From Trueperaceae bacterium (GTDB lineage Bacteria; Deinococcota; Deinococci; Deinococcales; Trueperaceae): a DNA stretch of 64,000 bases. The first letter of the stretch is position 1; every line of letters begins with the position of its first letter. Where the stretch lies: the NCBI GenBank assembly GCA_965213925.1, contig OZ243927.1:3392001-3456000 (forward strand). The letters run 5' to 3'. Position numbers and translations under genes: made by a program. Of the stretch, positions 1 to 11,342 are shown one piece after another. Below the pieces are notes generated by a model, which had not been told where the DNA came from, made no database searches, and worked only from the letters and a program-made list of their open reading frames with translations.

Positions 1-318
1 CCAGCCGCCGTCGTCAACTTGAACAGCGGGGCAGGGTTGACCGAACACCGTGACGGAAACCTCCGGACCGTCAATCTCTAAAGGTAGCTCGAGCCGCTCT
101 TCACCCAATCGTAGTTGCAACGTGTCACCCAACACGACGTTCAGCCCCGCCAACCTCGGGCACTGCCGCTGCGTGACGACCTCGCCGCTTGGGTCGATGA
201 TCGCCCAGTTCCGGTCGAAGCGCAGACCACACGGCGTGAGGTCTGCGTCGCGCAAAGAGATACCGGACGCGGACTTAACCGGATAGCAGTTGAGGCTCTG
301 TAAGTAATCGTTAGACAT
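1..318 (-). CDS. MOSC N-terminal beta-barrel domain protein (YcbX-like), 5' part only, runs off the window start
   Basis: Not in the ORF track. Manual translation from ATG at 318 gives MSNDYLQSLNCYPVKSASG...GLRFDRNWAIIDPSGEVVTQRQCPRL, with the YPVKS, DRxW and TQR motifs typical of MOSC_N; GGGAG RBS upstream. Confidence 0.8.
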   Translation of the reverse strand, partial: MSNDYLQSLNCYPVKSASGISLRDADLTPCGLRFDRNWAIIDPSGEVVTQRQCPRLAGLNVVLGDTLQLRLGEERLELPLEIDGPEVSVTVFGQPCPAVQVDDGGW

Positions 319-584
319 GACGCTCCCTTGCCCCGAGAAAACCTTATTAGCGGTGCACTTCTAGATATCTGTATTCCGACATTTAGTGTAGCACCGAGTA
401 CAATCTAAGTCTACTTTAGAGCGCTGAGGCACACCCCTATCCGCCGAATGTGATAGAATTCACCCGTAGACAACAGTTCAGAACGCACGGGGTAAGGGGG
501 TCATCGGTTGGCACGATCTATAGGCATCGAACGTACAAGCGTCAGCTTAGTGAGCGGGGGTTCGGCTGGTCGCGGTGATACGGG

Positions 585-1664
585 ATGAGCGCGATACGAC
601 TCGAGGGGGTCTCTAAACACTTCGGGGCGGAGGTGGCCCTAGAGCCGCTCGACTTGACCTTCCCCGAGGGCCAGTTCACCGTGCTCTTGGGACCGTCGGG
701 CTGCGGCAAGACCACCACGCTGCGCATCTTAGCGGGGCTCGAGACGCCCACCGAGGGCCGGGTCTTCTTCGGGAACAAGGACGTGACCTTCGAAGAGCCC
801 AGGGCGCGCAACGTGGCGATGGCGTTCCAGGACTACGCCCTGTACCCACATATGAGCGTCCACCGCAACATCGCCCTCAACCTGCGCGTAGGCGGGCTGG
901 GTAAAGCCGAGGCGGACGAGCGCGTGCGGGGCGTGGCGGAGCGCTTGGGCATCACCGAACACCTGGACAAGCGTCCCGGTCAGCTCTCGGGCGGGCAGCA
1001 GCAGCGCGTCGCCCTAGGCCGCGCCATCGTGCGCGAGCCGCACCTCTTCCTGATGGACGAGCCTTTAAGCAACCTCGACGCCGTTTTGCGCGCCAGCATG
1101 AGAGCCGAACTCAAGAAGCTCCAGGCGACCTTGGGCGTCACCGCCGTCTACGTCACCCACGACCAGGCTGAGGCGATGGTCATGGCGGACCAGATCGTGG
1201 TGATGCAGCGGGGCCGCGTGGTGCAGCGCGGCACGCCGCGCGAGGTCTATGACCATCCGGCCACGCTCTTCGTCGCCCGCTTCGTCGGCAACCCGCCCAT
1301 GAACCTCGTTGACGGCGAGCTGCTCGGCTACGGCGCGGATGAGATGGTGGGCGTCCGCCCGGAGTACGTGAAGCTCGTCCCTGAGGGTGCGCCGGACACA
1401 GCGGGGCGGGCGCTCGAGGGTCGCGTCTCCTTCGTCGAGGACGCAGGCGGCTTAGGCTTCGCCGAACTGACCCTGCCGAACGAACAGGTCGTCACCGTCC
1501 AACTCGACCCGCGCGAGCTGCCCCGGATGGGCGAGACGCGCGCCTTGGAACTGCCCGAACCCCACTGCGTCCGCTTCGACCGCGAGACGGGGCGCGCCCT
1601 GTCCGACTCCGCTGATCCAAGCGCAACAAAATCCCACGTCCAAGCTCACCCTCTGGAGGTTTAA
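585..1664 (+). CDS. Sugar ABC transporter ATP-binding subunit (MalK/UgpC-like)
   Basis: Walker A GPSGCGKTT, signature LSGGQQQRV, Walker B LMDEPLSNLD. Confidence 0.95.
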   Translation: MSAIRLEGVSKHFGAEVALEPLDLTFPEGQFTVLLGPSGCGKTTTLRILAGLETPTEGRVFFGNKDVTFEEPRARNVAMAFQDYALYPHMSVHRNIALNLRVGGLGKAEADERVRGVAERLGITEHLDKRPGQLSGGQQQRVALGRAIVREPHLFLMDEPLSNLDAVLRASMRAELKKLQATLGVTAVYVTHDQAEAMVMADQIVVMQRGRVVQRGTPREVYDHPATLFVARFVGNPPMNLVDGELLGYGADEMVGVRPEYVKLVPEGAPDTAGRALEGRVSFVEDAGGLGFAELTLPNEQVVTVQLDPRELPRMGETRALELPEPHCVRFDRETGRALSDSADPSATKSHVQAHPLEV

Positions 1665-1665
1665 T

Positions 1666-2943
1666 ATGGCACGTCTTCTCTTCGCCCTTTTCGCCCTGCT
1701 CCTCAACCCAGCCTTCGCCCAAACCAACCTCACCTGGTGGACCACCTGGAGCGCCGAGGCGGACACCCAAGCCTGGGGCGACGCCCTCGTCGAGGCGTTC
1801 GAGGCGGAGCACCCGGACGTCACCGTCGAGCGCGTCGACTACGCCGGGGACGACCTCAAAGTCGCCATCCAAGCGGCGCTCGCGGCGGGCGCGCCGCCCG
1901 ACGTGTGGCACTCCTGGGGTGGCGGCGTTTTGGGCTCATTCGTGCAAGAAGGGGTCGTCTACGACATGAGCGAGCTGTTGGGCAACCTCCAGTCGGACGG
2001 GCTCGTCGGCGACGGCGTGCTCTCGGCGGCGACGTTTGACGGCACGCCCTACTGCTTGCCCTACGAGGTCTTCGCCGCGCCCATGTTCGTCAACGCCGAT
2101 CTGTTCGAGCAGGTCGGCTTAGAGATCCCCGACCCTATGCAGGGCGAGACCTGGACCTGGGAGGAGTTCATGAGCGCCGTGCAGACCTTTGAAGAGGCGG
2201 GCGTCCAGCCCCTCACCGTAGGCGGACAAGGCAACTGGCAGCTCTCCTTTTACTACATGTACCTCGTCGACCGCTTCGGCGGCTCGGACGCTTTCGCGGA
2301 GGCGCTGAGCCGCGAGGGCTCCTTTACCGCCCCCGCCTTTGTGCAAGCAGGCGAGTACGCGCAAGACCTCGTCGAGATGGACGCTTTCCAGCGCGGCTTC
2401 CTGGGCGCGGACTACGACGTGGGACAGCGCCCCTTCTTCACGGGTGAGGCAGCGATGTACGTGATGGGCTCCTGGATGGTCGGCGGGCTGCGCGAGTTCG
2501 CGCCCGACTTCAACCTGGCGTTCATCAACTTCCCCACCCTTCCAGACGGCGAGGGCGACCCCGGCGTGATGGTCGGCGCGACGCAGACCTACTACTGCGT
2601 CTCCGAAGCGTCGCAGCAGAAGGAGGCGGCTTTAGATTTGGTACGCTTTTTAGCCCGCCCCGAGAACGTGCGCGGTTACGTCGAGGCGACGGGGCGTCTG
2701 GCTGCTCTGAACGTCGACGTGCCCGAAGGTACGTATGACCCTGTGGTGGTGGATTTGCTCGAGCGCATCAGCAGCGCGCCCTACTTGCAGATCGCCTACG
2801 ACCAGGGCGCGCCGCCACAACTCGCCACCGAGCACATCGAACTGATGGGGCAACTCTTCGCCGAGCGCATGACGCCCGAAGAGGTCGCCACGCGCCACGA
2901 GACCGTCGCCGAGCAGTTGGAGTCCTCGGGTGAACTGCCCTAG
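1666..2943 (+). CDS. Carbohydrate ABC transporter substrate-binding protein (family 1)
   Basis: N-terminal signal peptide (AFA-Q), PDVWHSWGG motif, operon position. Confidence 0.9.
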   Translation: MARLLFALFALLLNPAFAQTNLTWWTTWSAEADTQAWGDALVEAFEAEHPDVTVERVDYAGDDLKVAIQAALAAGAPPDVWHSWGGGVLGSFVQEGVVYDMSELLGNLQSDGLVGDGVLSAATFDGTPYCLPYEVFAAPMFVNADLFEQVGLEIPDPMQGETWTWEEFMSAVQTFEEAGVQPLTVGGQGNWQLSFYYMYLVDRFGGSDAFAEALSREGSFTAPAFVQAGEYAQDLVEMDAFQRGFLGADYDVGQRPFFTGEAAMYVMGSWMVGGLREFAPDFNLAFINFPTLPDGEGDPGVMVGATQTYYCVSEASQQKEAALDLVRFLARPENVRGYVEATGRLAALNVDVPEGTYDPVVVDLLERISSAPYLQIAYDQGAPPQLATEHIELMGQLFAERMTPEEVATRHETVAEQLESSGELP

Positions 2944-2961
2944 ACCTAGCGGGCGGCGCGG

Positions 2962-3834
2962 ATGACGCGCCGCCCTAACGCATGGGCGTACGGGTTGTTG
3001 CTGCCCGCCTTGGCGGTGTTCGTGCTGTTCTATATCTGGCCCAACCTGGAGATTTTTTACCTGTCGTTCTTCAACTGGTCGGGCATCTCGCCGCAAAAGA
3101 CCTTTATCGGGCTCACCAACTACCGAGCGCTTTTAGATGATGACCTCTTCATGTTCTCGCTACGCAACACGGCGCTCATCGCGGCTGTGTCGGTATTCAT
3201 ACAGATTCCTATCGCCGTCGCCCTGGCGCTGGCGCTCGAGCGCCCCACCCGTACCAATAAGGCGCTCTCGGCGATCATCTTCTTGCCTATCGTCATCTCA
3301 CTCGCAGCCACCGCGCTCATCTGGACCTGGCTCTTAGACCCGTCGTTCGGCGCGGTCAACTGGGCGCTGGAAGCTGTAGGTTTGGACGCCTGGGCTAGGG
3401 CTTGGCTCGCCGAGCCGCAGACCGCCTTCCCGACGATTCTCTTTGTCACCAACTGGGTCTACATCGGGCTCTACATGGTGCTCTTCATCGCGGGGCTCAA
3501 GGCTATTCCGCGTAACCTCTACGACGCGGCGAAAGTGGACGGGCTCTCGAGGGTGCAGACCGCGCTGCAGGTCTCCGTGCCCCTCTTGCGCGAGGTCATC
3601 GTAGTCGCCCTGATCCTCGCCATCACGGGCTCGTTCAAGGCGTTCGACCTCATCTGGATCATGACGGGCGGCGGTCCCGCGAGCGCCACGGAGGTCGCGC
3701 CGACCGTGATCTACAAAACGGCGTTCCGACGCTTGCAGTCGGGCTACGCCGCCTCACAAGCGGTCGTCGTGTTCTTGGCCGCGCTCTCGCTCGTTTTAGT
3801 GCAGCTCCGTGTGACGCGGGCGAGGGAGGCGTAG
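2962..3834 (+). CDS. Carbohydrate ABC transporter permease
   Basis: Multiple TM helices, EAA-like loop LYDAAKVDG, FDLIWIMTGGGP. Confidence 0.92.
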   Translation: MTRRPNAWAYGLLLPALAVFVLFYIWPNLEIFYLSFFNWSGISPQKTFIGLTNYRALLDDDLFMFSLRNTALIAAVSVFIQIPIAVALALALERPTRTNKALSAIIFLPIVISLAATALIWTWLLDPSFGAVNWALEAVGLDAWARAWLAEPQTAFPTILFVTNWVYIGLYMVLFIAGLKAIPRNLYDAAKVDGLSRVQTALQVSVPLLREVIVVALILAITGSFKAFDLIWIMTGGGPASATEVAPTVIYKTAFRRLQSGYAASQAVVVFLAALSLVLVQLRVTRAREA

Positions 3835-4710
3835 GTGGCACGGACGCAAACACGGGCGGGGCATAGCGACGCCACCGTCAAAACGCAGCAGCGCGGACCG
3901 GGCTATTGGGTCTTGCGCGTCTCGCTCCTCGCGTACGCTTTCGCCGTTCTTTTCCCCCTCGCGTGGATAGCGATTACCGCCCTCAAGACCGAGGACCAAA
4001 TCTTCGAGGAGCCCCTGGCGCTGCCCGCCTCGCCCGCGTGGGGCAACTTCGTTCAAGCGTGGACCCAAGGCGGCTTGGGGCTTGCCTTCTGGAACTCGCT
4101 CTTCGTGACCGTCATCGCGGTGCTCATTGTCGCATTAGGTAGCGCGATGGCGGCGTATCCGCTCGCCCGCGCCTCCTTTCTAGGTCGCCCCGTGTTCTAC
4201 TACCTCTTTTTGTCGGGTACCTTTTTAGCGCCCATCACCGCCATCGTGCCGCTCCTCAAGCTCCTGCGCAACTTGGGGCTCTACAACACGCCCTGGGCGC
4301 TCATCTTGCCGAACGCCGCCTTTGGGTTGCCTATTTCCATCTTCCTGATGCGCTCGTACTACCTCTCGCTGCCGCGCTCTTTAGAGGACGCCGCGCGGGT
4401 GGACGGGCTCTCGCCCTGGCGCACCTTCTTCCAGGTGATCTTGCCGTTGGCGCGACCTGCGCTCTACACCGTCGTCATCTTGCAGACCATCTTCATCTGG
4501 AACGAGTACCTCTTCGCGCTCGTGTTCCTAAACGACCCGGCGACCTACACGCTGCCCCGTGCACTTGTCGCCTTTCAGGGGACGTACGTGACGCAGTACG
4601 GTCCGTTGGCGGCGGGCACGCTGCTGACCGCGCTGCCGACGGTCGTGCTCTATCTCGTGTTCAGCGACCGCGTGCGGCAGGCGATGGGGGTGAGTAGCGG
4701 AAAGGGGTAA
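3835..4710 (+). CDS. Carbohydrate ABC transporter permease
   Basis: LEDAARVDG EAA loop, WNEYLFAL, TM helices. Confidence 0.92.
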   Translation: MARTQTRAGHSDATVKTQQRGPGYWVLRVSLLAYAFAVLFPLAWIAITALKTEDQIFEEPLALPASPAWGNFVQAWTQGGLGLAFWNSLFVTVIAVLIVALGSAMAAYPLARASFLGRPVFYYLFLSGTFLAPITAIVPLLKLLRNLGLYNTPWALILPNAAFGLPISIFLMRSYYLSLPRSLEDAARVDGLSPWRTFFQVILPLARPALYTVVILQTIFIWNEYLFALVFLNDPATYTLPRALVAFQGTYVTQYGPLAAGTLLTALPTVVLYLVFSDRVRQAMGVSSGKG

Positions 4711-5050
4711 AGGACCAGGCGTTCGTCCTCAGTCTAAACTGCCTTGTGGACAAGGGTTGTGCGCACTTCTTACGAAACCGAGCACGGAATCAACCCGACA
4801 GGAATTTATGCAGTAATCAATCGGAATCTGTATAAACCGTGCAATTCCGTATAAGGAGGCAGAAGCGAAAGCTAGCTAGCGCTGAAGAGAAAGCTGGACC
4901 TAACGGTATCTTAGGACCGAGCGCTTATACGAGAGATGCTCCGCAACTTTGAAGACGCTCCAACCTAATGAGTGCTGCGGCGCTGTCCCCCTCGCTCCTC
5001 TTCCGTATGCTCTTCCTGAGGCGTCAGCCTTAACTCAAGGGGGAGTAGCT

Positions 5051-5524
5051 ATGAACGAAGACAACCTTAAACAACTCTTAGCCGATGGACTGTTGGCCCT
5101 CGAAGCGGGCGGGCGCATCGCCGCCGAGTCAGCCGACGAGATCAAGGGCTCAGCGTCCGACGACGAGCTGAAGTCGCTGCTGGAGGAAGGCAACGAAAAG
5201 TCTAAAGAGTGGAGAGCGCGCGTGAACCGGGCGATGGAGGAAGTGGGCGCGAGCGGCGAGGGCGAGAACCCGATCATGAGGGCGCACTACGACGTCTCGA
5301 AGCAGATTCGCGAAGCCGCGCCGGACGACCAGGTACGCGACCTGGGCATCATCACCTCGGGGCAGCTGGTGTTGCACTACTGGATCGCGGCGTTCGGCAC
5401 GATGGCGGCGTACGCGAAGCAGATTGGGCTGGAGACGACGAAGCAGGAGCTGGGAAGCTCTATGGAGGAGGCGAAGCAGGCGGACGAGGCGCACACGCAG
5501 CTCGCCGAGCGCATCATGAGCTAG
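5051..5524 (+). CDS. Ferritin-like DUF892 (YciE/YciF-like) stress protein
   Basis: ATG at 5051 after GGGGGAG RBS; RDLGII...HYWIAAFGT...EEAKQADE resembles the DUF892 pattern. Confidence 0.75.
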   Translation: MNEDNLKQLLADGLLALEAGGRIAAESADEIKGSASDDELKSLLEEGNEKSKEWRARVNRAMEEVGASGEGENPIMRAHYDVSKQIREAAPDDQVRDLGIITSGQLVLHYWIAAFGTMAAYAKQIGLETTKQELGSSMEEAKQADEAHTQLAERIMS

Positions 5525-5542
5525 TTCATAAAATTCGATATG

Positions 5543-5579
5543 AAGAGGGGGGCTGCTCGTAGTAGCTCCCTTTCTTTTT
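5543..5579 (+). terminator. Probable intrinsic terminator
   Basis: AAGAGGGGGGCTGCT...AGTAGCTCCCTTTCTTTTT hairpin plus T-tract just after the stop codon. Confidence 0.6.
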
Positions 5580-5643
5580 GGTATTAGATTCTACCCGTAT
5601 CCGAGCTTCTCCCGAAATAGACACGCATATCGCCGCGCAACCC

Positions 5644-5958
5644 TCAAGCGTCTTTGGCTTTACCACGTCTCTGCGCCTGCTGCTCCTCGCTGTAGAGGAA
5701 ACCCTCGAAGAGGTCGTCGAGCCAGGGCGTAAGTACGAGGTTCAGCAGCGGTACTAAGATGAGCGTCTCCAGAAAGAGCTTGAACCACAGCACCAAGCTG
5801 CCGTCGGGCTTGACTAGCGGCTAGGAGGGTGAGAAGAGGTTTTGGCTGAGCAGTGTGAGGCCATAGGAGATAACAAGCAGCGGCGGGAATAGCCCTAGCC
5901 ACTTGACTAGCATGAGCCGCCAGGTCGGGGGTGAGGGTCCTTCTTTAGGGTCGCTCAT
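5644..5958 (-). pseudogene. Small membrane protein with internal TAG stop (codon 46)
   Basis: Manual translation MSDPKEGPSPPTWRLMLVKWLGLFPPLL...FSPS*PLVKPDGSLVLWFKLFLETLILVPLLNLVLTPWLDDLFEGFLY...; the frame stays coherent and hydrophobic on both sides of the TAG at 5821-5823. Confidence 0.6.
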
Positions 5959-6069
5959 GAGGTGAGCCAAACACTGGGTAGTGCTGCGTGCGGTGAAGGG
6001 ATCATCGGTGGCTATTATGCCGCTTTCAAAGCATAGTGACCGTGAAGCTGCGCATAAATAGCCTGAGTT

Positions 6070-6783
6070 TCACCCCCCGAAGCGCTCCCTCAACTGCTCG
6101 CTCGCGCTTCGGGCAAGCGGCTCACCGTGACCAAACACGGCCACTTCCACCTCGAGCTGGGCCAACTTCTTCAGGCTGCGCTCGCCCTCCTCAAGGTCCT
6201 CGAAAATGGGCGGGTTGCCCAGCCCGCGCTGCCAAGGGAAGGCCCGGTAGGTGGCCGCATCCGCTGCCACGAGCACACCGCCGTGCTGGGACCACACGAG
6301 CGCGATCTGCCCTGCGCAGTGGCCGGGGATGTGGAGCACCCTTAACCCCCCAGCGAAGGGTAAGATGTCGCCCTCCTCGACGTGGTGGTCCACCTCGACA
6401 GGGCTGATTTCCGGCGGAGACGCTAAGCGCATCGCTGTGTAGAGCAGCCGGTTCATAATGCCGGGTGCAGGTCGCACCTCACGCATGGCTCGCCCCTCCC
6501 TTACAAGTTCTGCGTCGGCGGGGTGCATCCAGACGGGTGCGCCTGTCGCCCCCTTGAGCGCTGCTAAGCTGCCGGTGTGGTCGGCGTGGCAGTGAGTCAC
6601 GATGATAGCAGCGACCTCTTCGGGTCTGCGCCCGAGCTCGCGGATAGCGCCGAGAACCTTGTCCTCGCTACCCGGGGTGCCCGTGTCGATCAGGACGAGG
6701 GTCTTGTCCGCAATGAGGTAAGCGTTGACCACCCCGAGCGGCAACCGGTAAAGCCCAGGGACGACCTCTTGAGCTTTAGCCAC
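6070..6783 (-). CDS. MBL-fold metallo-hydrolase
   Basis: THCHADHTG motif, PGH, GHG. Confidence 0.92.
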   Translation of the reverse strand: MAKAQEVVPGLYRLPLGVVNAYLIADKTLVLIDTGTPGSEDKVLGAIRELGRRPEEVAAIIVTHCHADHTGSLAALKGATGAPVWMHPADAELVREGRAMREVRPAPGIMNRLLYTAMRLASPPEISPVEVDHHVEEGDILPFAGGLRVLHIPGHCAGQIALVWSQHGGVLVAADAATYRAFPWQRGLGNPPIFEDLEEGERSLKKLAQLEVEVAVFGHGEPLARSASEQLRERFGG

Positions 6784-6846
6784 TGTTTACGTCGATGACT
6801 GGATGAACATTAAGAAGGTTATGCAAAACTACTCGTTTCACCCTCC

Positions 6847-7617
6847 TCATACGCCTTGACCGACGTTGACCGACTGCCCGCCGTCGATGGTGAAGGTCTG
6901 CCCAGTGGCGAAGTCGGTCTCTTCGGATGCTAAGTAGAGCGCTAAGGCTGCCGCCTCCCAAAGCTCCGCCGCACGCTCCCAGGGGATGTTCTGGGTGCTC
7001 TTCTTGCGGGTCTCCTCGTCTTCCAAAGCCGCCTGGTTAAAAGGCGTCAGCACCATGCCCGGCGCGAGGTTGTTGACGTTGATCTTGTGCGGCGCGAGCT
7101 CCTGTGCCAGCACCCGCGTGAGGTTGCGCAGGCCGCCTTTCGAGGCGTCGTAGGCCGCGCCGCCCGGCGTCGGCAGCTCCTGGTGCACCGAGGTGAGGTT
7201 GATGATCTTGCCCCCACCCCCTGCCGCTTTACGCAAGCGTATGAAGTGCTGGCAGCAGTAGAAGGGGTCGTAGAGGTTCGTCTTCAAAACCTTGCCCCAG
7301 TCTTCCAGGGGCAGCTCGGCCACGGGACCGTCCGCCGACGCGCCCGCGTTATTCATGAGCACGTAGGGCGTACCCAGCTCCCCTGCCCGCTCGAAGAAGT
7401 GCGCCACCTGTTCGGGGTCGCGCACGTTGCTCTGGACAACGACGGCGCGCTGGCCTGCCTCCTCCACCTGGCGCTTCGTCTCCTTGGCCCCTTCTTGATC
7501 TTCCAGATAATCGGTAGCGACGTCCGCGCCCTCGCATGCGAACGCTATAGCGGTAGCCCGCCCTATCCCTGAATCCGAGCCGGTGATGACGGCAACTTTG
7601 CCCTCTAGCTTACCCAT
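6847..7617 (-). CDS. Short-chain dehydrogenase/reductase (glucose 1-dehydrogenase-like)
   Basis: TGSDSGIG, NNAG, YDASK catalytic motif. Confidence 0.9.
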   Translation of the reverse strand: MGKLEGKVAVITGSDSGIGRATAIAFACEGADVATDYLEDQEGAKETKRQVEEAGQRAVVVQSNVRDPEQVAHFFERAGELGTPYVLMNNAGASADGPVAELPLEDWGKVLKTNLYDPFYCCQHFIRLRKAAGGGGKIINLTSVHQELPTPGGAAYDASKGGLRNLTRVLAQELAPHKINVNNLAPGMVLTPFNQAALEDEETRKKSTQNIPWERAAELWEAAALALYLASEETDFATGQTFTIDGGQSVNVGQGV

Positions 7618-7708
7618 AAGTTTCCCCTCCGGTTATGCAGATAAGAGGAGCTTACGAAGCACTCTGCCTTGTCGCTAGAGGGTGTCCTACAGTTCAACGA
7701 CAACTTCA

Positions 7709-7740
7709 GTGTGCGGCGAACGCGCGCGTTAGCCGCACTA
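7709..7740. repeat. 32-bp palindromic module-boundary repeat (A|A arms)
   Basis: GTGTGCGGCGAAC-GCGCGC-GTTAGCCGCACTA. Confidence 0.85.
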
Positions 7741-8009
7741 CACTTACGCAACTCTTGGTTCGGAAGCCTGCGCTAGGCTTCGGCTCGAAGAAGCCAATCT
7801 CGATGACTCATCTATGCTTGTTGCGTTCACCTCTTGGGATAGGCGTAACTCGTCGGAAACACTTATGTCCGAAATCGCTTGTACTCGGGCGCTAGAACGC
7901 CTACGCTAAAGGTGTTCCAAAAAAGTCAATATGGCTTTCTAGTAACCTGGGCAATTTGCCCGGAAGTTCAGTGCAGATGCTCAACACATATTGAGCAGTT
8001 AGGAATTAC

Positions 8010-8234
8010 ATGATGACGACAGGCAAAGTAAAATGGTTTAACGGTGAAAAAGGCTTCGGCTTTATTGAACAGAGTGACGGCGGCAAAGACGTCTTCGTCC
8101 ACTTCTCCGCAATCCAGGGTGACGGCTACCGTGACCTCAACGAGGGTGATGAGGTCGAATTCAAGGTAGAGCAGGGGCAAAAAGGTTTGCAGGCGACCAA
8201 TGTGAGCGTCACCAGCAGCGCGAGCGTCCGCTAA
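8010..8234 (+). CDS. Cold-shock protein (CSD)
   Basis: [15 protein letters not shown] and [12 protein letters not shown] motifs; AGGA RBS. Confidence 0.97.
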   Translation: MMTTGKVKWFNGEKGFGFIEQSDGGKDVFVHFSAIQGDGYRDLNEGDEVEFKVEQGQKGLQATNVSVTSSASVR

Positions 8235-8265
8235 GCGGCGTTCGCCAACCTATTTGTTCACCTAG

Positions 8266-9648
<1,383 letters not shown>

Positions 9649-9675
9649 CCTTTCACCAGTTCGAGGAGATTTGTC

Positions 9676-9822
9676 ATGTTCAGATGTACCTACCGCCTCA
9701 CCGACCAACGCACCGCCTTGACGACCGCTAAACTAGGGCGCTTATCGCATGCAGGTGAGTACGTCACCCTCCACCATCAATCTTACGCAGTTGACGCTTA
9801 TCGCAAGAAGGCGTCGCAGTGA
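9676..9822 (+). CDS. Small hypothetical protein (48 aa)
   Basis: GAGGAG RBS before ATG, directly downstream of the sigma gene; below the ORF-track cutoff. Confidence 0.4.
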   Translation: MFRCTYRLTDQRTALTTAKLGRLSHAGEYVTLHHQSYAVDAYRKKASQ

Positions 9823-9883
9823 CGACCTCTGTGAGCGAATCTCTAGGCAAGAATGCCCTTAGAGTGGGCAAAAGCTAGCCACT

Positions 9884-10105
9884 ATGGAGCACAACCTGCT
9901 AGATCTTAGAAAGCGCGTCGTTGATCAGCTCAGACCTCCCTATCAACGTTTGTTACAGCGCGGTCAAGAATCCGACGAGGCGTACGCGGCGACCTATGAA
10001 AAAGCCGTCACCTCCCTCGCTAAAACGATGAAGGTGAGCCGAGAAAAGACGAAGTTTGAGTCTCGTACCTTGTTGCAAGAGATCATGAATGAGGTGACTC
10101 GGTAG
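9884..10105 (+). CDS. Small hypothetical protein
   Basis: 73-aa helical-looking ORF in the same orientation; no recognised motif. Confidence 0.45.
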   Translation: MEHNLLDLRKRVVDQLRPPYQRLLQRGQESDEAYAATYEKAVTSLAKTMKVSREKTKFESRTLLQEIMNEVTR

Positions 10106-10163
10106 GGCAGTAGGCGGGGAGGGAGCTTAATGAACCTCGTGACCTCTCAGTCGCATGGGCTTC

Positions 10164-10195
10164 TTCTGCAAGAGTTGCGCGCGTCTCTTGCAGAA
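10164..10195. repeat. 32-bp palindromic module-boundary repeat (B|B)
   Basis: TTCTGCAAGAGTT-GCGCGC-GTCTCTTGCAGAA. Confidence 0.9.
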
Positions 10196-10345
10196 GCAGT
10201 CGTACAGCACTCGAGCCGCCGACAGGGCGTTCTGTCAGTTCCAGACCCTCTCTTAGATGTTTGTTTAGTCGTCTTGGTTGACGTAGCTTTTTAGTGGCAG
10301 ACCGAACAACGCTCTCCTTGCTACGACCACCTGATAGGCTAGTCT

Positions 10346-11314
10346 ATGACCTACCAAACCGTTGGACGTACCGGCGTCAAAGTCTCCAACCTCTGCTTCG
10401 GCACCATGTCATTCGGTGACAGCGCCGACGCCTCTGAGTCCGCCCGGATGTTCAAGCGTTGTTTAGGTACCGGCATCAACTTTTTCGACAGCGCCGACGT
10501 CTACACAGGGGGACACTCCGAGGAGATTTTAGGCGACCTCATTAAGGATATGCGCGACGACTTGGTGATTACCAGTAAGGTGTTCGGCAAAGTTGGTGAG
10601 GACGTCAACGCTAGAGGGCTCTCGCGCAGGCACATCACGAGAGCGGTTGAGGCGAGCTTGAAGCGTCTCCAAACAGACCGGCTCGACTTTTATTTCGTGC
10701 ATCAGTTCGACGCGGACACGCCCATTGAAGAAACCCTGAGTGTATTGGATGACCTTGTTCAGCGCGGCTTGATCCTCTACCCGGCGGTGAGTAACTGGGC
10801 GGCGTGGCAGATTATGAAAGCGCTAGGCATCAGCGCGAAAGACCAACTCGCCCGCTTCGAACTCATTCAGCCGATGTATAACCTCACCAAGCGCCAAGCT
10901 GAAGTGGAGATTTTGCCGCTAGCGCACTCAGAGAGGCTCGGCGTGATTCCGTATAGCCCTCTAGGTGGCGGTCTCTTGACGGGTAAGTACAGCACCCAAC
11001 ACAAGCCCGAGCGCGGTCGCTTGGTGGAAAACAAGATGTATACGAAGCGTTACGGTGACGTCAAGTATTATGAGGTCGCTGAACACTTCACATCTTATGC
11101 TCGCGACCACGAGTTACACCCCGTCACCTTAGCGGTCGCCTGGGTCGGGTCACACCCAGCCGTCACCGCGCCCATTATCGGCGCACGTGACGTGGAACAG
11201 TTAGAGCCTTCATTGGCAGCAGCCGACTTCGAGTTGACGCCGGAGATGCGTGAAGAGATCACAGCGTTGACCCCAGCTTTAGCGCCCGCGCACGACCGGA
11301 GCGAAGAGGCGTAG
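10346..11314 (+). CDS. Aldo/keto reductase
   Basis: LCFGTMSFG, FFDSADVY, SLKRLQTDRLD, YSPLGGGLLTGKY. Confidence 0.95.
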   Translation: MTYQTVGRTGVKVSNLCFGTMSFGDSADASESARMFKRCLGTGINFFDSADVYTGGHSEEILGDLIKDMRDDLVITSKVFGKVGEDVNARGLSRRHITRAVEASLKRLQTDRLDFYFVHQFDADTPIEETLSVLDDLVQRGLILYPAVSNWAAWQIMKALGISAKDQLARFELIQPMYNLTKRQAEVEILPLAHSERLGVIPYSPLGGGLLTGKYSTQHKPERGRLVENKMYTKRYGDVKYYEVAEHFTSYARDHELHPVTLAVAWVGSHPAVTAPIIGARDVEQLEPSLAAADFELTPEMREEITALTPALAPAHDRSEEA

Positions 11315-11342
11315 GGTTAGGAAAGCAGGCAAGGAGACAAAC

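Noticed and set aside
5610..5641. Weak repeat-like sequence (..ACACGCATATCGCCGCGCAA)
   Set aside because: Too diverged in spacer and arms to call by eye.
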